The translations under genes were made by a program, and so were the position numbers. This document shows, in pieces, positions 1 through 16,070 of a stretch of 64,000 bases of DNA. Below the pieces are notes generated by a model. That model saw nothing but the letters and a program-made list of their open reading frames with translations. It had not been told where the DNA came from and did no database searches. Source of the stretch: an uncultured Actinomycetes bacterium (lineage in GTDB: Bacteria; Actinomycetota; Thermoleophilia; Solirubrobacterales; 70-9); contig CAVRIF010000001.1 in assembly GCA_963721215.1 (NCBI GenBank), forward strand, positions 31,123 to 95,122, given 5' to 3'. Within the stretch, counting starts at the first letter, position 1. Every line of letters begins with the position of its first letter.

Positions 1-2
1 CC

Positions 3-239
3 GCCAAGGCGGCCGCCGAGAGCTGGACCCTGGCCCTCGCCGACTCGTTCAAGGACACCGCTGCGACGGCGAACATCATCGTTGTCAACGCGATCCTGAC
101 GCCTCGGATGCGCGAGGAGAGCCCGGACAAGTCGTTCGGAAGCTTCACCTCGGCCGAGCAGATCGCGGAGGCGATCGCCTTCGTCTGCAGCGATGCGGCC
201 GCGAAGATGAACGGCAAGCGGCTATCACTCCATCCTTGA
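3..239 (+). CDS. 3' end of a short-chain dehydrogenase/reductase-like gene (5' end outside window)
   Basis: Open frame from window edge to TGA 237-239. The translated tail AKAAAESWTLALADSF...NIIVVNAILTPRM...AEAIAFVCSDAAAKMNGKRLSL looks like the region from the SDR catalytic Y-x3-K to the C-terminus. The stop overlaps the next start (TTGA). Confidence 0.55.
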   Translation, partial: AKAAAESWTLALADSFKDTAATANIIVVNAILTPRMREESPDKSFGSFTSAEQIAEAIAFVCSDAAAKMNGKRLSLHP

Positions 240-1282
240 CGATCCACCCCCGCGGCTTCGCGAGCGACAACAACTCAGGAGCCCATCCCGACGTCCTGGC
301 CGCGATCGCCCAGGCGAACGACGGGCACGTGGTCGCCTATGGCGACGACGACTACACGGCCCTCGCCTGCCGGCGCTTTCGCGAGCACTTCGGCGATCAG
401 GCAGAGGCGTTCCTGGTCTTCAACGGCACCGGCGCCAACGTCCTCGCGCTCCAGGCGCTGGCCCGCCCCTACGAGGCGGTGATCTGCCCCGAGACCGCCC
501 ACCTGAATGTCGACGAATGCGGGGCACCGGAGCGAATCGCCGGAGTGAAGCTCCTGCCCGCCCCAACCTCCGACGGCAAGCTCACCCCGGAGCTGGTCGC
601 GGAGCGGATCGCCCGGGTCGGCGAGCAGCACGCGTCTCAGCCCCGCGTCGTCTCGATCTCCGAGTCGACCGAGCTCGGCACCGTCTACACGGCGGAGGAG
701 GTCGCCGCCCTGGCCGAGCTCGCCCACCAGCACCAGATGTGCCTGCACCTGGACGGCGCTCGGCTGGCCAACGCCGCGGCCGCTCTCGATTTGCCGCTCC
801 GCGCGCTGACCACCGACGCCGGCGTCGACGTCCTCTCCTTCGGGGGAACCAAAAACGGCCTGGTTCTCGGCGACGCGATCGTCTTCCTGCGCCCGGAGCT
901 GGCGCGCGACTTCCTCTTCATCCGCAAGCAATCCATGCAGCTCGCCTCCAAGATGCGATTTCTGGCGGCGCAGTTCGATGCCCTGCTCGGCGACGACCTT
1001 TGGCGCCGGAACGCCTCCCACGCCAACGCCATGGCACGCCGCCTCGCCGCGGCGATCTCCCCCATCGACGGCGCGGAGCTCGCCTATCCGGTGGAGGCCA
1101 ACGGCGTCTTCGTCACCCTGCCGGCGGCGGCGATCGATGGACTGCGCGCTTCGCTCCCGACCGAGCTCCCCTTCTACGTCTGGGACGAATCCGTGGGCAC
1201 GATCCGTCTCATGTGCACCTGGGACACCACCGAGGAGGACGTTGACGGCCTGGCGGCGGCCCTCGCCGCGGCGGTATCTTGA
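236..1282 (+). CDS. ltaE: low-specificity L-threonine aldolase (PLP-dependent)
   Basis: 348-aa ORF. It has an FASDNNSGAHPDVL N-terminus, NGTGANV and the GGTKNG PLP-lysine region typical of the threonine aldolase/beta-eliminating lyase family. Confidence 0.8.
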   Translation: MTIHPRGFASDNNSGAHPDVLAAIAQANDGHVVAYGDDDYTALACRRFREHFGDQAEAFLVFNGTGANVLALQALARPYEAVICPETAHLNVDECGAPERIAGVKLLPAPTSDGKLTPELVAERIARVGEQHASQPRVVSISESTELGTVYTAEEVAALAELAHQHQMCLHLDGARLANAAAALDLPLRALTTDAGVDVLSFGGTKNGLVLGDAIVFLRPELARDFLFIRKQSMQLASKMRFLAAQFDALLGDDLWRRNASHANAMARRLAAAISPIDGAELAYPVEANGVFVTLPAAAIDGLRASLPTELPFYVWDESVGTIRLMCTWDTTEEDVDGLAAALAAAVS

Positions 1283-1289
1283 ACGCCCC

Positions 1290-1362
1290 GCCCGGATAGC
1301 TCAGTTGGTAGAGCACCTCCATGGTAAGGAGGGGGTCGTCGGTTCGAGTCCGACTCCGGGCT
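1290..1362 (+). tRNA. tRNA-Thr (anticodon GGT)
   Basis: Hand-folded cloverleaf. Acceptor GCCCGGA/TCCGGGC, D arm GCTC-AGTTGGTA-GAGC, anticodon stem CCTCC/GGAGG with loop ATGGTAA (GGT), T arm GTCGG-TTCGAGT-CCGAC, discriminator T. No encoded CCA. Confidence 0.9.
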
Positions 1363-1363
1363 T

Positions 1364-2506
1364 GTGGACTTCTCCCTCACCGACGAGCAGGGCGACTTCG
1401 TCGCCGCGATCCGCGACTTCTGTCGCCGCGAGTGCGGGACGCAGGAGCAGCGCAAGAAGCTGACCAACGGCTACACGGAGGCTCACAACGATGGCCTCTA
1501 CCGCAAGATGGCCGAGCTGGGCTGGCTCGGGGTGACGATCCCCGACGAGCACGGCGGCTCCGGTGGCGGCATGCTCGAGGCTTGCCTGTTCATGGAGGAG
1601 AGCTCGCGCGGCCTCGCTCCGATCGGCGGCTACGCCACGACGCTGATCGTCGCCGGGGCCACGCAGCGGTTCGGCACGGACGACCAAAAGCACGACCTGC
1701 TCGGCGGCATCGCCCGCGGGGAGGTGGAGGCGATCGCGATGACCGAGCCCGAAGCCGGCTCCGACGTCGGCTCGCTCGCCACCTCTGCTGAGCGAGTTGA
1801 TGGCGGCTTCGTGATCCGTGGCCAGAAGGTGTTCTGCTCCAACGCCCGGATCGCCCGCCACATCCTGGTCGTCTGCCGCACCACCAAGGGGGAGGACAAG
1901 CACCAGGGCCTGTCGATGATCTGGATCCCCACCGACGCCCCGAACCTCCGCATCGACCCGATCGACACCATGGGCGGCCGCGAGACCGCCCACCTTTACC
2001 TGGACGAGGTCGAGGCGCCGCAGAGCGCGGTGCTCGGGGAGGTCGACCAGGGCTGGACCCAGCTGATGGCGGGGCTGAACGTGGAGCGCCTGATCCTCGC
2101 CGCGACCATGCTCGGGATCGGCGAGCGGGCCTTCGACGACGCTCTCTCCTACGTCAAGGAGCGGCGTCAGTTCGGCCGCCCGATCGGCTCCTTCCAGGCG
2201 CTTCAGCACCGCCTCGCCGACCTCGCCACAGAGCTCGAGGCAGCCCGGCTCTTGACCTACTGGGTGGCGAGCAAGGTCGACGACGACCCGGACCGCATGC
2301 TCCCGCGGGAGGCGTCGATGGTGAAGTTGTTCGTCACCGAGACCGCCCAGAAGGTGGCGCTCGAGGGCATGCAGATGATGGGGGGCTACGGCTACTCGTC
2401 CGAGTACGACATGGAGCGCCTGGTTCGCGCCACCCTCGTTTCGACCATCTACGGCGGCACCTCCGAGATCCAGCGCAACATCATCGCCAAGACGCTCGGC
2501 CTATAG
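1364..2506 (+). CDS. acyl-CoA dehydrogenase
   Basis: 380-aa ORF. MDFSLTDEQ N-terminus, TEPEAGSD, C-terminal GGTSEIQRNIIAK, all typical ACAD features. The GTG start lies 1 nt after the tRNA-Thr discriminator. Confidence 0.9.
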   Translation: MDFSLTDEQGDFVAAIRDFCRRECGTQEQRKKLTNGYTEAHNDGLYRKMAELGWLGVTIPDEHGGSGGGMLEACLFMEESSRGLAPIGGYATTLIVAGATQRFGTDDQKHDLLGGIARGEVEAIAMTEPEAGSDVGSLATSAERVDGGFVIRGQKVFCSNARIARHILVVCRTTKGEDKHQGLSMIWIPTDAPNLRIDPIDTMGGRETAHLYLDEVEAPQSAVLGEVDQGWTQLMAGLNVERLILAATMLGIGERAFDDALSYVKERRQFGRPIGSFQALQHRLADLATELEAARLLTYWVASKVDDDPDRMLPREASMVKLFVTETAQKVALEGMQMMGGYGYSSEYDMERLVRATLVSTIYGGTSEIQRNIIAKTLGL

Positions 2507-2539
2507 GCGGCCGGCGGAGCGCTATCCTTCGCCCACCTC

Positions 2540-2579
2540 GCGCCCCCTCGCCGCAATGCGAGGGGCGGGGGCTTTTTTC
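2540..2579 (+). terminator. intrinsic terminator after the acyl-CoA dehydrogenase gene
   Basis: GC-rich inverted repeat CGCCCCCTCG ... CGAGGGGCG followed by GGGGCTTTTTTCT. Confidence 0.7.
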
Positions 2580-2647
2580 TGAGAAGCGGGCGCCCCGCCC
2601 CCTGAAGCGCCGCCCGCCTGGATCGAAGAGGGAACCACGACCAGCCA

Positions 2648-2812
2648 ATGGCCCGCGGAGAAGTCCGAATCGCCGTCACGCTCGCCTGCGAGGAGTGCCG
2701 GCGACGCAACTACCAGTCCAACAAGTCGCGCCGCAACACGCCCGACCGGCTCGAGCTGCGCAAGTACTGCCACTGGTGCGGCCGGCACACTCCGCACAAG
2801 GAGACCCGCTGA
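2648..2812 (+). CDS. rpmG: 50S ribosomal protein L33 (Zn-ribbon type)
   Basis: Not in the ORF track (54 aa). ATG 2648 to TGA 2810-2812 translates as [54 protein letters not shown], with two CxxC pairs. It sits in the classical position upstream of secE-nusG. Confidence 0.9.
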   Translation: MARGEVRIAVTLACEECRRRNYQSNKSRRNTPDRLELRKYCHWCGRHTPHKETR

Positions 2813-2830
2813 GCGAGGATTGGTGTAGCG

Positions 2831-3433
2831 GTGGCGAAGACTCGGGCGCAGCGGAAGGCAGAGCGGCGAGCGCGAGAGGCACGGGCCGCTCGCGAGGCGC
2901 AACGCGACCGGGCCTCGGACAGCCGTGCCCAGGAGCGGACCCAGGTACCGGAGTCGGCCGAGGTGGTCGAGGCGGAGCTGGCCGAGCAAGGAGCCGACCT
3001 GGACGCCCTGAAGGAGAGCCCGACCGAGGCGGCCCCCGTTCGGGAGGTACAGGCCCCGAAGGAGGCGCCTGCCGAAGCGGCCGAGGAGCTGTCGGCGCCG
3101 GCGCCCTCGCGGGCCGACGTCGGAGTCCCCGCCGAGGCGGCCCCGGACCGGGTCAGCCGCCGGGAGCGGCGCCGCCAGGCCAAGGAGCGCGAGCGGCGTC
3201 GCAAGGAGTCCGAGCAGCGCCGCCAAGCCACTGCCGCGCCGCAGGAGAGACAGCGCGGCGCCGTGGCCGGGTTCATCGCCTCCTGCTGGGCGGAGTTGAA
3301 GCGTGTCCAGTGGCCCGACCGCGAGACCCTGATCCAAGCGTCCGCGGTGACTTTGGTGTTCATCGCCATCGCGGCCGCGTACCTGGGTGCGCTGGACGCG
3401 CTGTTCAATTTCCTCGTCCAGCGCCTCCTCTAG
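2831..3433 (+). CDS. secE: preprotein translocase subunit SecE with long charged N-terminal extension
   Basis: The C-terminal ~60 aa (FIASCWAELKRVQWPDRETLIQASAVTLVFIAIAAAYLGALDALFNFLV) is the canonical SecE TM segment. It lies between rpmG and nusG. The N-terminal ~140 aa is Arg/Glu/Ala-rich low complexity. Confidence 0.85.
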   Translation: MAKTRAQRKAERRAREARAAREAQRDRASDSRAQERTQVPESAEVVEAELAEQGADLDALKESPTEAAPVREVQAPKEAPAEAAEELSAPAPSRADVGVPAEAAPDRVSRRERRRQAKERERRRKESEQRRQATAAPQERQRGAVAGFIASCWAELKRVQWPDRETLIQASAVTLVFIAIAAAYLGALDALFNFLVQRLL

Positions 3434-3464
3434 GCCGGACCCTGGCACGAGTGACGAGTAACGA

Positions 3465-3989
3465 GTGATGTTCCGCTGGTATGTCATCAACACCTACTCC
3501 GGGCACGAGAACAAGGTCAAGCAGAACCTCGAGCACCGGATCGAGTCCATGGACCAGCGACAGCGCGTGCGCCAGGTCGTGGTCCCGACCGAGCAGGTCT
3601 CCGAGCTCAAGGATGGCCAGCGCGTGCAGGTTGAGAAGCGAACGATGCCCGGCTACGTGCTGGTCCAGATGGAGATGACGGACGAAGCCTGGAACCTGGT
3701 CAAGAACACGCCTGGGGTCACCGGCTTCGTCGGCTCGCGCAACAAGCCGATCCCGCTCTCCCAGCCCGAGGTCGACCGCCTGCTCCACCGCGAGACCGCC
3801 GAGAGGCCGCGCAGCCGCGCCCAGTTCACGGTCGGCGAGACGGTCAAGGTGATCGCCGGCCCCCTGTCGGACTTCTCGGGCGAAATCGCCGAGATCAACG
3901 AGGACGCCGCCAAGCTCAAGGTGCTGGTCTCGATCTTCGGGCGCGAGACGCCGGTCGAGGTGGGCTACGACCAGGTGAAGAAGGTCTAG
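3465..3989 (+). CDS. nusG: transcription termination/antitermination factor NusG
   Basis: RWYVINTYSGHENKVKQNLE N-terminus and a C-terminal KOW-like region. Synteny secE-nusG-rplK. An alternative ATG lies at 3468. Confidence 0.95.
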   Translation: MMFRWYVINTYSGHENKVKQNLEHRIESMDQRQRVRQVVVPTEQVSELKDGQRVQVEKRTMPGYVLVQMEMTDEAWNLVKNTPGVTGFVGSRNKPIPLSQPEVDRLLHRETAERPRSRAQFTVGETVKVIAGPLSDFSGEIAEINEDAAKLKVLVSIFGRETPVEVGYDQVKKV

Positions 3990-4001
3990 GGCGGCGACGC
4001 G

Positions 4002-4436
4002 ATGGCGAAGAAGGTTCTCACCATGATCAAGCTCCAGATCCCGGCTGGCGCCGCCAACCCGGCGCCGCCCGTCGGCCCCGCGCTCGGGCAGCACGGCGTG
4101 AACATCATGGAGTTCTGCAAGGCGTTCAACGCCCAGACGCAGCAGGACGCCGGCACGATCATCCCGGTCGAGATCACGGTCTTCGAGGATCGCTCGTTCG
4201 ACTTCATCACCAAGACCCCGCCGGCGGCGGTGCTGATCAAGGAGGCGGCCGGGCTCGAGAAGGGCTCGGGGGAGCCGAACCGCGAGAAGGTCGGCAGGAT
4301 CACGGCAGTTCAGGTGCGCCAGATCGCCGAGCGCAAGATGCCTGACCTGAATGCCAATGACCTCGAGGCCGCATCGCGGATCATCGCCGGCACCGCTCGA
4401 TCGATGGGTGTCGACGTCGAGGGGATGGAGGGGTAG
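4002..4436 (+). CDS. rplK: 50S ribosomal protein L11
   Basis: [35 protein letters not shown] signature. Confidence 0.97.
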   Translation: MAKKVLTMIKLQIPAGAANPAPPVGPALGQHGVNIMEFCKAFNAQTQQDAGTIIPVEITVFEDRSFDFITKTPPAAVLIKEAAGLEKGSGEPNREKVGRITAVQVRQIAERKMPDLNANDLEAASRIIAGTARSMGVDVEGMEG

Positions 4437-4441
4437 TTCCC

Positions 4442-5212
4442 ATGACCCGCGGCAAGCGCTTCCGCGCCGCCTACGAGAAGGTCGATCGCGACCACAGCTA
4501 CACGCCCGCCGAGGCGATCGACCTGATCAAGGAGACCGCCAACGCCAAGTTCGACGAGACGGTCGAGGTGCACCTTCGCCTCGGGGTCAATGTCCGGCAC
4601 GCCGAGGAACAGCTTCGCGGGACGCTTGCGCTGCCCCACGGCCTCGGGAAGGAGGTGACGGTCGCCGTGTTCGCCCAGGGGGACGTGGCGAAGGCCGCCA
4701 CCGAGGCAGGCGCCGACCACGTCGGTGCCCAGGAGCTGGCCGACCGCGTCTCCGAGGGCTGGACCGACTTCGACGTAGCCATCGCCACTCCGGACCTGAT
4801 GGGACCGGTGGTCTCGAAGCTGGGCCGGATCCTGGGGCCGCAGGGCAAGATGCCCAACCCCAAGGTCGGGACAGTCACCAACGACGTCGCCAAGGCAGTC
4901 GGCGAGGCCAAGGCGGGCAAGGTCGAGTACCGCACCGACCGTCAGGCGGTCGTCCACCTGACGATTGGCAAGGCAAGTTTCGACGAGCGCGCGCTGCTGG
5001 AGAACTACGCGGCGGTAGTCGACGAGATTGTTCGCGCCAGGCCGGCCGCCGCCAAGGGGCGTTATCTGCTCTCGGTCACTCTGGCCACCACCATGGGCCC
5101 GGGCATCCGAGTGGATCCAACCCGCACCCGAGAGGCCGAGATCGTGGCGGGAGCCGCATCCGGCGACGGCGGGGGACCTGCCGCTTCGGAGACCGAGCCC
5201 GGACCTGGCTGA
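4442..5212 (+). CDS. rplA: 50S ribosomal protein L1 (with ~25-aa Gly/Pro/Glu C-terminal tail)
   Basis: [35 protein letters not shown] signature. The tail [27 protein letters not shown] extends beyond the usual L1 end. Confidence 0.95.
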   Translation: MTRGKRFRAAYEKVDRDHSYTPAEAIDLIKETANAKFDETVEVHLRLGVNVRHAEEQLRGTLALPHGLGKEVTVAVFAQGDVAKAATEAGADHVGAQELADRVSEGWTDFDVAIATPDLMGPVVSKLGRILGPQGKMPNPKVGTVTNDVAKAVGEAKAGKVEYRTDRQAVVHLTIGKASFDERALLENYAAVVDEIVRARPAAAKGRYLLSVTLATTMGPGIRVDPTRTREAEIVAGAASGDGGGPAASETEPGPG

Positions 5213-5229
5213 CTTTCCGGACCGCATAG

Positions 5230-5420
5230 GTCCGTAACCTCAGTCACGTCTGCTGCGGCGCGGGCCAGGACGGGCGGGCAGCCCGCGATCGGCTACCATC
5301 GCGCGTCCAACCGGAACCTGCCGAAGACCGTCGGCGGGGCCGCTTCCCCAAGCGGCCCGGAAGACCGGCGCAGGCGAGGTCAGGAGCATGCCTGAGCCCG
5401 CCCGCGCGCGGGCTTTTTCG
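5230..5420 (+). promoter_or_regulatory. structured rplJ leader (L10-leader-like) ending in a terminator/attenuator hairpin
   Basis: 240-nt non-coding spacer between rplA and rplJ. It has strong hairpins (GGGCCGCTT-CCCC-AAGCGGCCC around 5337-5358; GCCCGC...GCGGGC 5396-5413 followed by TTTTT 5414-5418). L10/L12-mediated leader regulation of rplJL is well known. Assignment is by position and structure only. Confidence 0.5.
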
Positions 5421-5454
5421 TTCGGCGGTGGCGGCGAAGCCGATTGAGCTGAAG

Positions 5455-6399
5455 ATGAAGAAGGAAGACAAGGCAGCCCTGGTCGACGAGATCGCCGATC
5501 GCCTCGGCGACGCGGAGGCGATCTTCGCCGTCGACTATCGAGGCATCACGGTCCCGCAAGCAGCCGAGCTGCGCGCCAAGCTGGCCGAGGCGGAGGCGAA
5601 CTTCCGCGTGGTCAAGAACCGGCTCGCGAAACGGGCAACGGAACGGGCCGGCACCGCCGAGCTCGACCCCCTGTTCGAGGGCCCGACCGCGCTCGCATTC
5701 GTCAAGGGCGACGCGGTGGCGGCGGCGAAGGCGATCTCGACCTTCGGTCGCCAGCACGACATCCTGGAATACAAGGGCGGGCTGATGGACGGGGCGCCGC
5801 TCGACCCCGAACAGTTCAGGACGATCGCCCGCCTGCCTGGCCTGGACGTACTCCACGGCCAGCTTGCCGGCGTCGTCGCCAGCCCGCTCACCGGCCTCGT
5901 CCGCGGCCTCTCGTCGATGCTCTCCGGCCTCGCCGTGGCCCTCGGCCAGATCCAAGAGCAGGGCCTGGTGGGCGGGGAAGAGCCGGCCCAGGAAGAGCCC
6001 GAGCCGACCGACGAGGCGGAGCCGGAGGAGAGCGCCCGGGAGAGCACCGAGGAGACGGCGGAGGAGAGCACCGAGGAGGAGCCCGAGGAGACTGAAAAGG
6101 AGGAGCCGGCTGGGGCTAGCGACGAAGTCGCGGAAGGCACGGCCGAACCTACCGCCCCCCCGGAGCCCGAACCCGCCGGAAACGGAGCCGAAGGCGAGGC
6201 TTCCGGCGGTGATGTCTCCGAGGAAGGCGGCGGAATTATTTCGGAGGCTTCCGGCGGTGATGTCTCCGAGGAAGGCGGCGGAGAGATGCCAGAGGAACCA
6301 GAGACTTCAGACGAAGCTGCAAACGATGAGAAGGAATCCCTCGAGGAATCCGAAACCGCTGGCGAGGATCCCGAGGGAGCAAGTGAGGAGAACGACTAA
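5455..6399 (+). CDS. rplJ: 50S ribosomal protein L10 with ~145-aa acidic C-terminal extension
   Basis: From ATG 5455 the N-terminus [17 protein letters not shown]...[16 protein letters not shown] matches L10. The track start GTG 5428 is an in-frame alternative. The canonical part ends near ...[12 protein letters not shown] (about nt 5965). The ORF continues without a stop to TAA 6397-6399, overlapping the rplL ATG (TAATG). Confidence 0.93.
   Translation: MKKEDKAALVDEIADRLGDAEAIFAVDYRGITVPQAAELRAKLAEAEANFRVVKNRLAKRATERAGTAELDPLFEGPTALAFVKGDAVAAAKAISTFGRQHDILEYKGGLMDGAPLDPEQFRTIARLPGLDVLHGQLAGVVASPLTGLVRGLSSMLSGLAVALGQIQEQGLVGGEEPAQEEPEPTDEAEPEESARESTEETAEESTEEEPEETEKEEPAGASDEVAEGTAEPTAPPEPEPAGNGAEGEASGGDVSEEGGGIISEASGGDVSEEGGGEMPEEPETSDEAANDEKESLEESETAGEDPEGASEEND
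6113..6209 (+). repeat. structured ~98-bp repeat, copy A (in frame inside rplJ)
   Basis: GGGCTAGCGACGAAGTCGCGG...GAACCTACCGCC...AACCCGCCGGAAACG..GCCGAAGGCGAGGCTTCCGGCGG, read as [32 protein letters not shown]. Confidence 0.9.
6196..6291 (+). repeat. 48-bp tandem duplication (2 units) starting in the 3' arm of copy A
   Basis: GAGGCTTCCGGCGGTGATGTCTCCGAGGAAGGCGGCGGA occurs at 6196-6234 and again at 6244-6282. It encodes [13 protein letters not shown] twice. Confidence 0.9.
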
Positions 6400-6791
6400 T
6401 GGCAACAAGTGCAATGTCCACCGATGAATGGATCGAGGAGCTGAAGACGATCTCGGTGATCGAGCTCTCTGAGCGCATCAAGGCGCTGGAGGAGGAGTTC
6501 GGCGTCTCGGCGACCGCGATCGCGGCTGCCCCGGCGGCCGGGGCCCCGGCCGCGGGCGATGAGGCCGGCGAGGAGGAGTCGACCACCGTCGACGTCGTGC
6601 TGACCGCCCCCGGCGACAAGAAGATCCAGGTGATCAAGGCGGTTCGGGCCGCCACCGGGCTCGGCCTGAAGGAGGCCAAGGCCCTCGTCGACAGCGCCCC
6701 GAAGGCCGTCAAGGAGGGGCTCGAGCGCGACGAGGCCGAGAAGCTCAAGTCCGATCTCGAGGAGGCCGGAGGCGAGGTCGAGCTGAAGTAG
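6399..6791 (+). CDS. rplL: 50S ribosomal protein L7/L12
   Basis: [34 protein letters not shown]...EVELK C-terminal domain. It has an Ala/Pro hinge. Confidence 0.97.
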   Translation: MATSAMSTDEWIEELKTISVIELSERIKALEEEFGVSATAIAAAPAAGAPAAGDEAGEEESTTVDVVLTAPGDKKIQVIKAVRAATGLGLKEAKALVDSAPKAVKEGLERDEAEKLKSDLEEAGGEVELK

Positions 6792-6828
6792 CCACGCCTG
6801 CCGACCCGCCAACTCGCACCTGCTAGGC

Positions 6829-6858
6829 TTGCGTGAGCGTGCGTAGTTATGGTATTTT
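6829..6858 (+). promoter_or_regulatory. possible sigma-70-type promoter upstream of rpoB
   Basis: TTGCGT (6829-6834), an 18-nt spacer, then TATTTT (6853-6858), in an otherwise GC-rich 160-nt rplL-rpoB spacer. Sequence pattern only. Confidence 0.3.
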
Positions 6859-6951
6859 GCGGGGTCGCGCGCCGTTGGCCCTGCTTGCTTCGAATCTCTC
6901 GCGCGATTCGTTCGATTCGTTCTGCCCCGACCATCCGAGGAGTCGCCTAGT

Positions 6952-10524
<3,573 letters not shown>

Positions 10525-10539
10525 GGACCAGAAAGGCAG

Positions 10540-14553
<4,014 letters not shown>

Positions 14554-14572
14554 GGCCGCGACACCGGCCGTC

Positions 14573-14613
14573 TAGGCGCCCCGAAACACAGGTCATTTAG
14601 GCGCCCCGAAACA
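14573..14613 (+). repeat. two 16-bp direct repeats downstream of rpoC
   Basis: TAGGCGCCCCGAAACA at 14573-14588 and 14598-14613. The second can pair with the following GGCGC. Confidence 0.8.
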
Positions 14614-14805
14614 GGCGCAGTAGCCAGGCAGCCACCAGGCAGCCCTGCCCTTGGGTAGGTGAGCCGATGACGTTCCCTGATCCAATCGAATGTGGGATTG
14701 GGGACCGTATGGGTACCCAATCACTGACTCGACGCGCTCGCCCTACTTGCCCTGAAACGCATGCAGGTCCGCGCCTTAGCGAGCCGCGATTCGTGCGGAG
14801 GTGGG

Positions 14806-15132
14806 CTAACCGGGCCGTGCCGCCGGCTCCGCGGAGCCGCGGCCGCGGGCGGCCGCGCTCCGAGCCGGCACGGGCGGAGTCAGGATCCGGAGGCGCCCGC
14901 CGGGCGGGCACTCGGGAAGAGGCTGCGCGTCGGGCGCGTGAGGGCCGCGGCGGGGATCGCGCGGGCGGCGCGGCTGAAGGCGCCAGCGCCTGAACTGATG
15001 GTCGTCGGCGCCGGGCGGCGCCTCCTCGATCTCAGGCGTCTGATGGATCGCCCACCAGACGAGGTAGAGCAGGCAGGCGACGGGGATCTTCAAGATCACC
15101 GCGAGGAAGAAGATCGGCCAGAACCCCTCCAC
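14806..15132 (-). CDS. hypothetical small membrane protein
   Basis: GTG 15132 lies 5 nt after the stop of the upstream HAD gene. The N-terminal hydrophobic segment is GFWPIFFLAVILKIPVACLLYLVWWAI. The remainder is Pro/Arg-rich low complexity, so coding status is uncertain. Confidence 0.3.
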   Translation of the reverse strand: MEGFWPIFFLAVILKIPVACLLYLVWWAIHQTPEIEEAPPGADDHQFRRWRLQPRRPRDPRRGPHAPDAQPLPECPPGGRLRILTPPVPARSAAARGRGSAEPAARPG

Positions 15133-15136
15133 TGCT

Positions 15137-15631
15137 TCAGGCAGTGTAGCCCGCCCGGACCCACCCGAGCAGGGTCTCCACATGTGTGTCGGTGAGACCC
15201 CGATCGGGCTCGGTGGCTACCAGCAGCGTGGGGGCGGAGCGGTCGACCGCCCACGCCTGGCAGGTCTCGTCGATGCAGTCGTCCACCCAGGCAAGCGGGC
15301 GTTCGCCCGCGTAGCTGTCGATGGCGCCGATCTTCCAGTGGGCGGAGCCGAAGCGCGCGTTGCCGTCAAAGGTCAGGAAGGGGAGCTCTCCTGGAAGCCC
15401 AAGGATCTCCGGCAGCCAGTCGTTGGCCCGGTCCTCCCAACCCGTTGCCCAAATGATCTCGTAGTGGTCCGCGAGCCGGTTGAGCCGCTCGCCGATGCCC
15501 TCGGGAATGCAATGCGCCATCCCGTCGATCAGATGGAAGCGTCCGGGTGCCTCGTCCATAGGGCCCTGGAAGCCGAACAGGCTGATCACGCCGTCGACGT
15601 CCAGGGCGAGTATGGGCCGTGCTCTCTCCAC
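15137..15631 (-). CDS. HAD-superfamily hydrolase-like protein
   Basis: 164 aa. N-terminal LALDVDGV (DxDx motif I), WATGWE, and WVDD (motif IV-like). Confidence 0.65.
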   Translation of the reverse strand: MERARPILALDVDGVISLFGFQGPMDEAPGRFHLIDGMAHCIPEGIGERLNRLADHYEIIWATGWEDRANDWLPEILGLPGELPFLTFDGNARFGSAHWKIGAIDSYAGERPLAWVDDCIDETCQAWAVDRSAPTLLVATEPDRGLTDTHVETLLGWVRAGYTA

Positions 15632-15661
15632 ACTTTCAGCGTAGCCAAGAGCCAGGGCAGC

Positions 15662-15667
15662 TATATT
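15662..15667 (+). promoter_or_regulatory. -10-like box TATATT just upstream of rpsL
   Basis: CTATATT is an AT-rich hexamer in a GC-rich background. It ends 8 nt before the rpsL GTG, implying a leaderless or near-leaderless mRNA. Confidence 0.35.
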
Positions 15668-15675
15668 GCGTCGCC

Positions 15676-16068
15676 GTGCCGACGACGAGTCAGCTGATCA
15701 GAAAGGGCCGCACGCGCCCCCAAAAGAAGACCGCGACACCCGGCTTGAAGTCGGGGCAGGGGCGCAAGCGGCGGATCGCGGCCCCACAGCGGCGGGGCGT
15801 CTGCACCCGCGTCTACACGGCGACTCCGAAGAAGCCGAACTCGGCCCTGCGAAAGGTGGCCCGCGTGCGGTTGACGAACGGGATGGAAGTCACGACCTAC
15901 ATACCCGGCGAGGGCCACAACCTTCAGGAGCACTCCGTGGTGCTGGTGCGCGGCGGCCGCGTGAAGGACCTTCCGGGCGTCCGCTACAAGGTCGTTCGGG
16001 GCACGCTCGATGCCTCCGGCGTCTCCGACCGCCGGCAATCTCGCTCCCAGTATGGGGTCAAGCGTTAG
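15676..16068 (+). CDS. rpsL: 30S ribosomal protein S12
   Basis: From GTG 15676: [12 protein letters not shown]...[19 protein letters not shown]...[21 protein letters not shown]. The track ORF (from 15619) is trimmed to the homology-supported start. Confidence 0.95.
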   Translation: MPTTSQLIRKGRTRPQKKTATPGLKSGQGRKRRIAAPQRRGVCTRVYTATPKKPNSALRKVARVRLTNGMEVTTYIPGEGHNLQEHSVVLVRGGRVKDLPGVRYKVVRGTLDASGVSDRRQSRSQYGVKR

Positions 16069-16070
16069 CC

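Noticed and set aside
14667-15195. + strand ORFs of 108 and 144 aa downstream of rpoC.
   Set aside because: Their translations are Arg/Gly/Ala-rich. They overlap the - strand HAD and membrane ORFs, and they have no start context or motifs.
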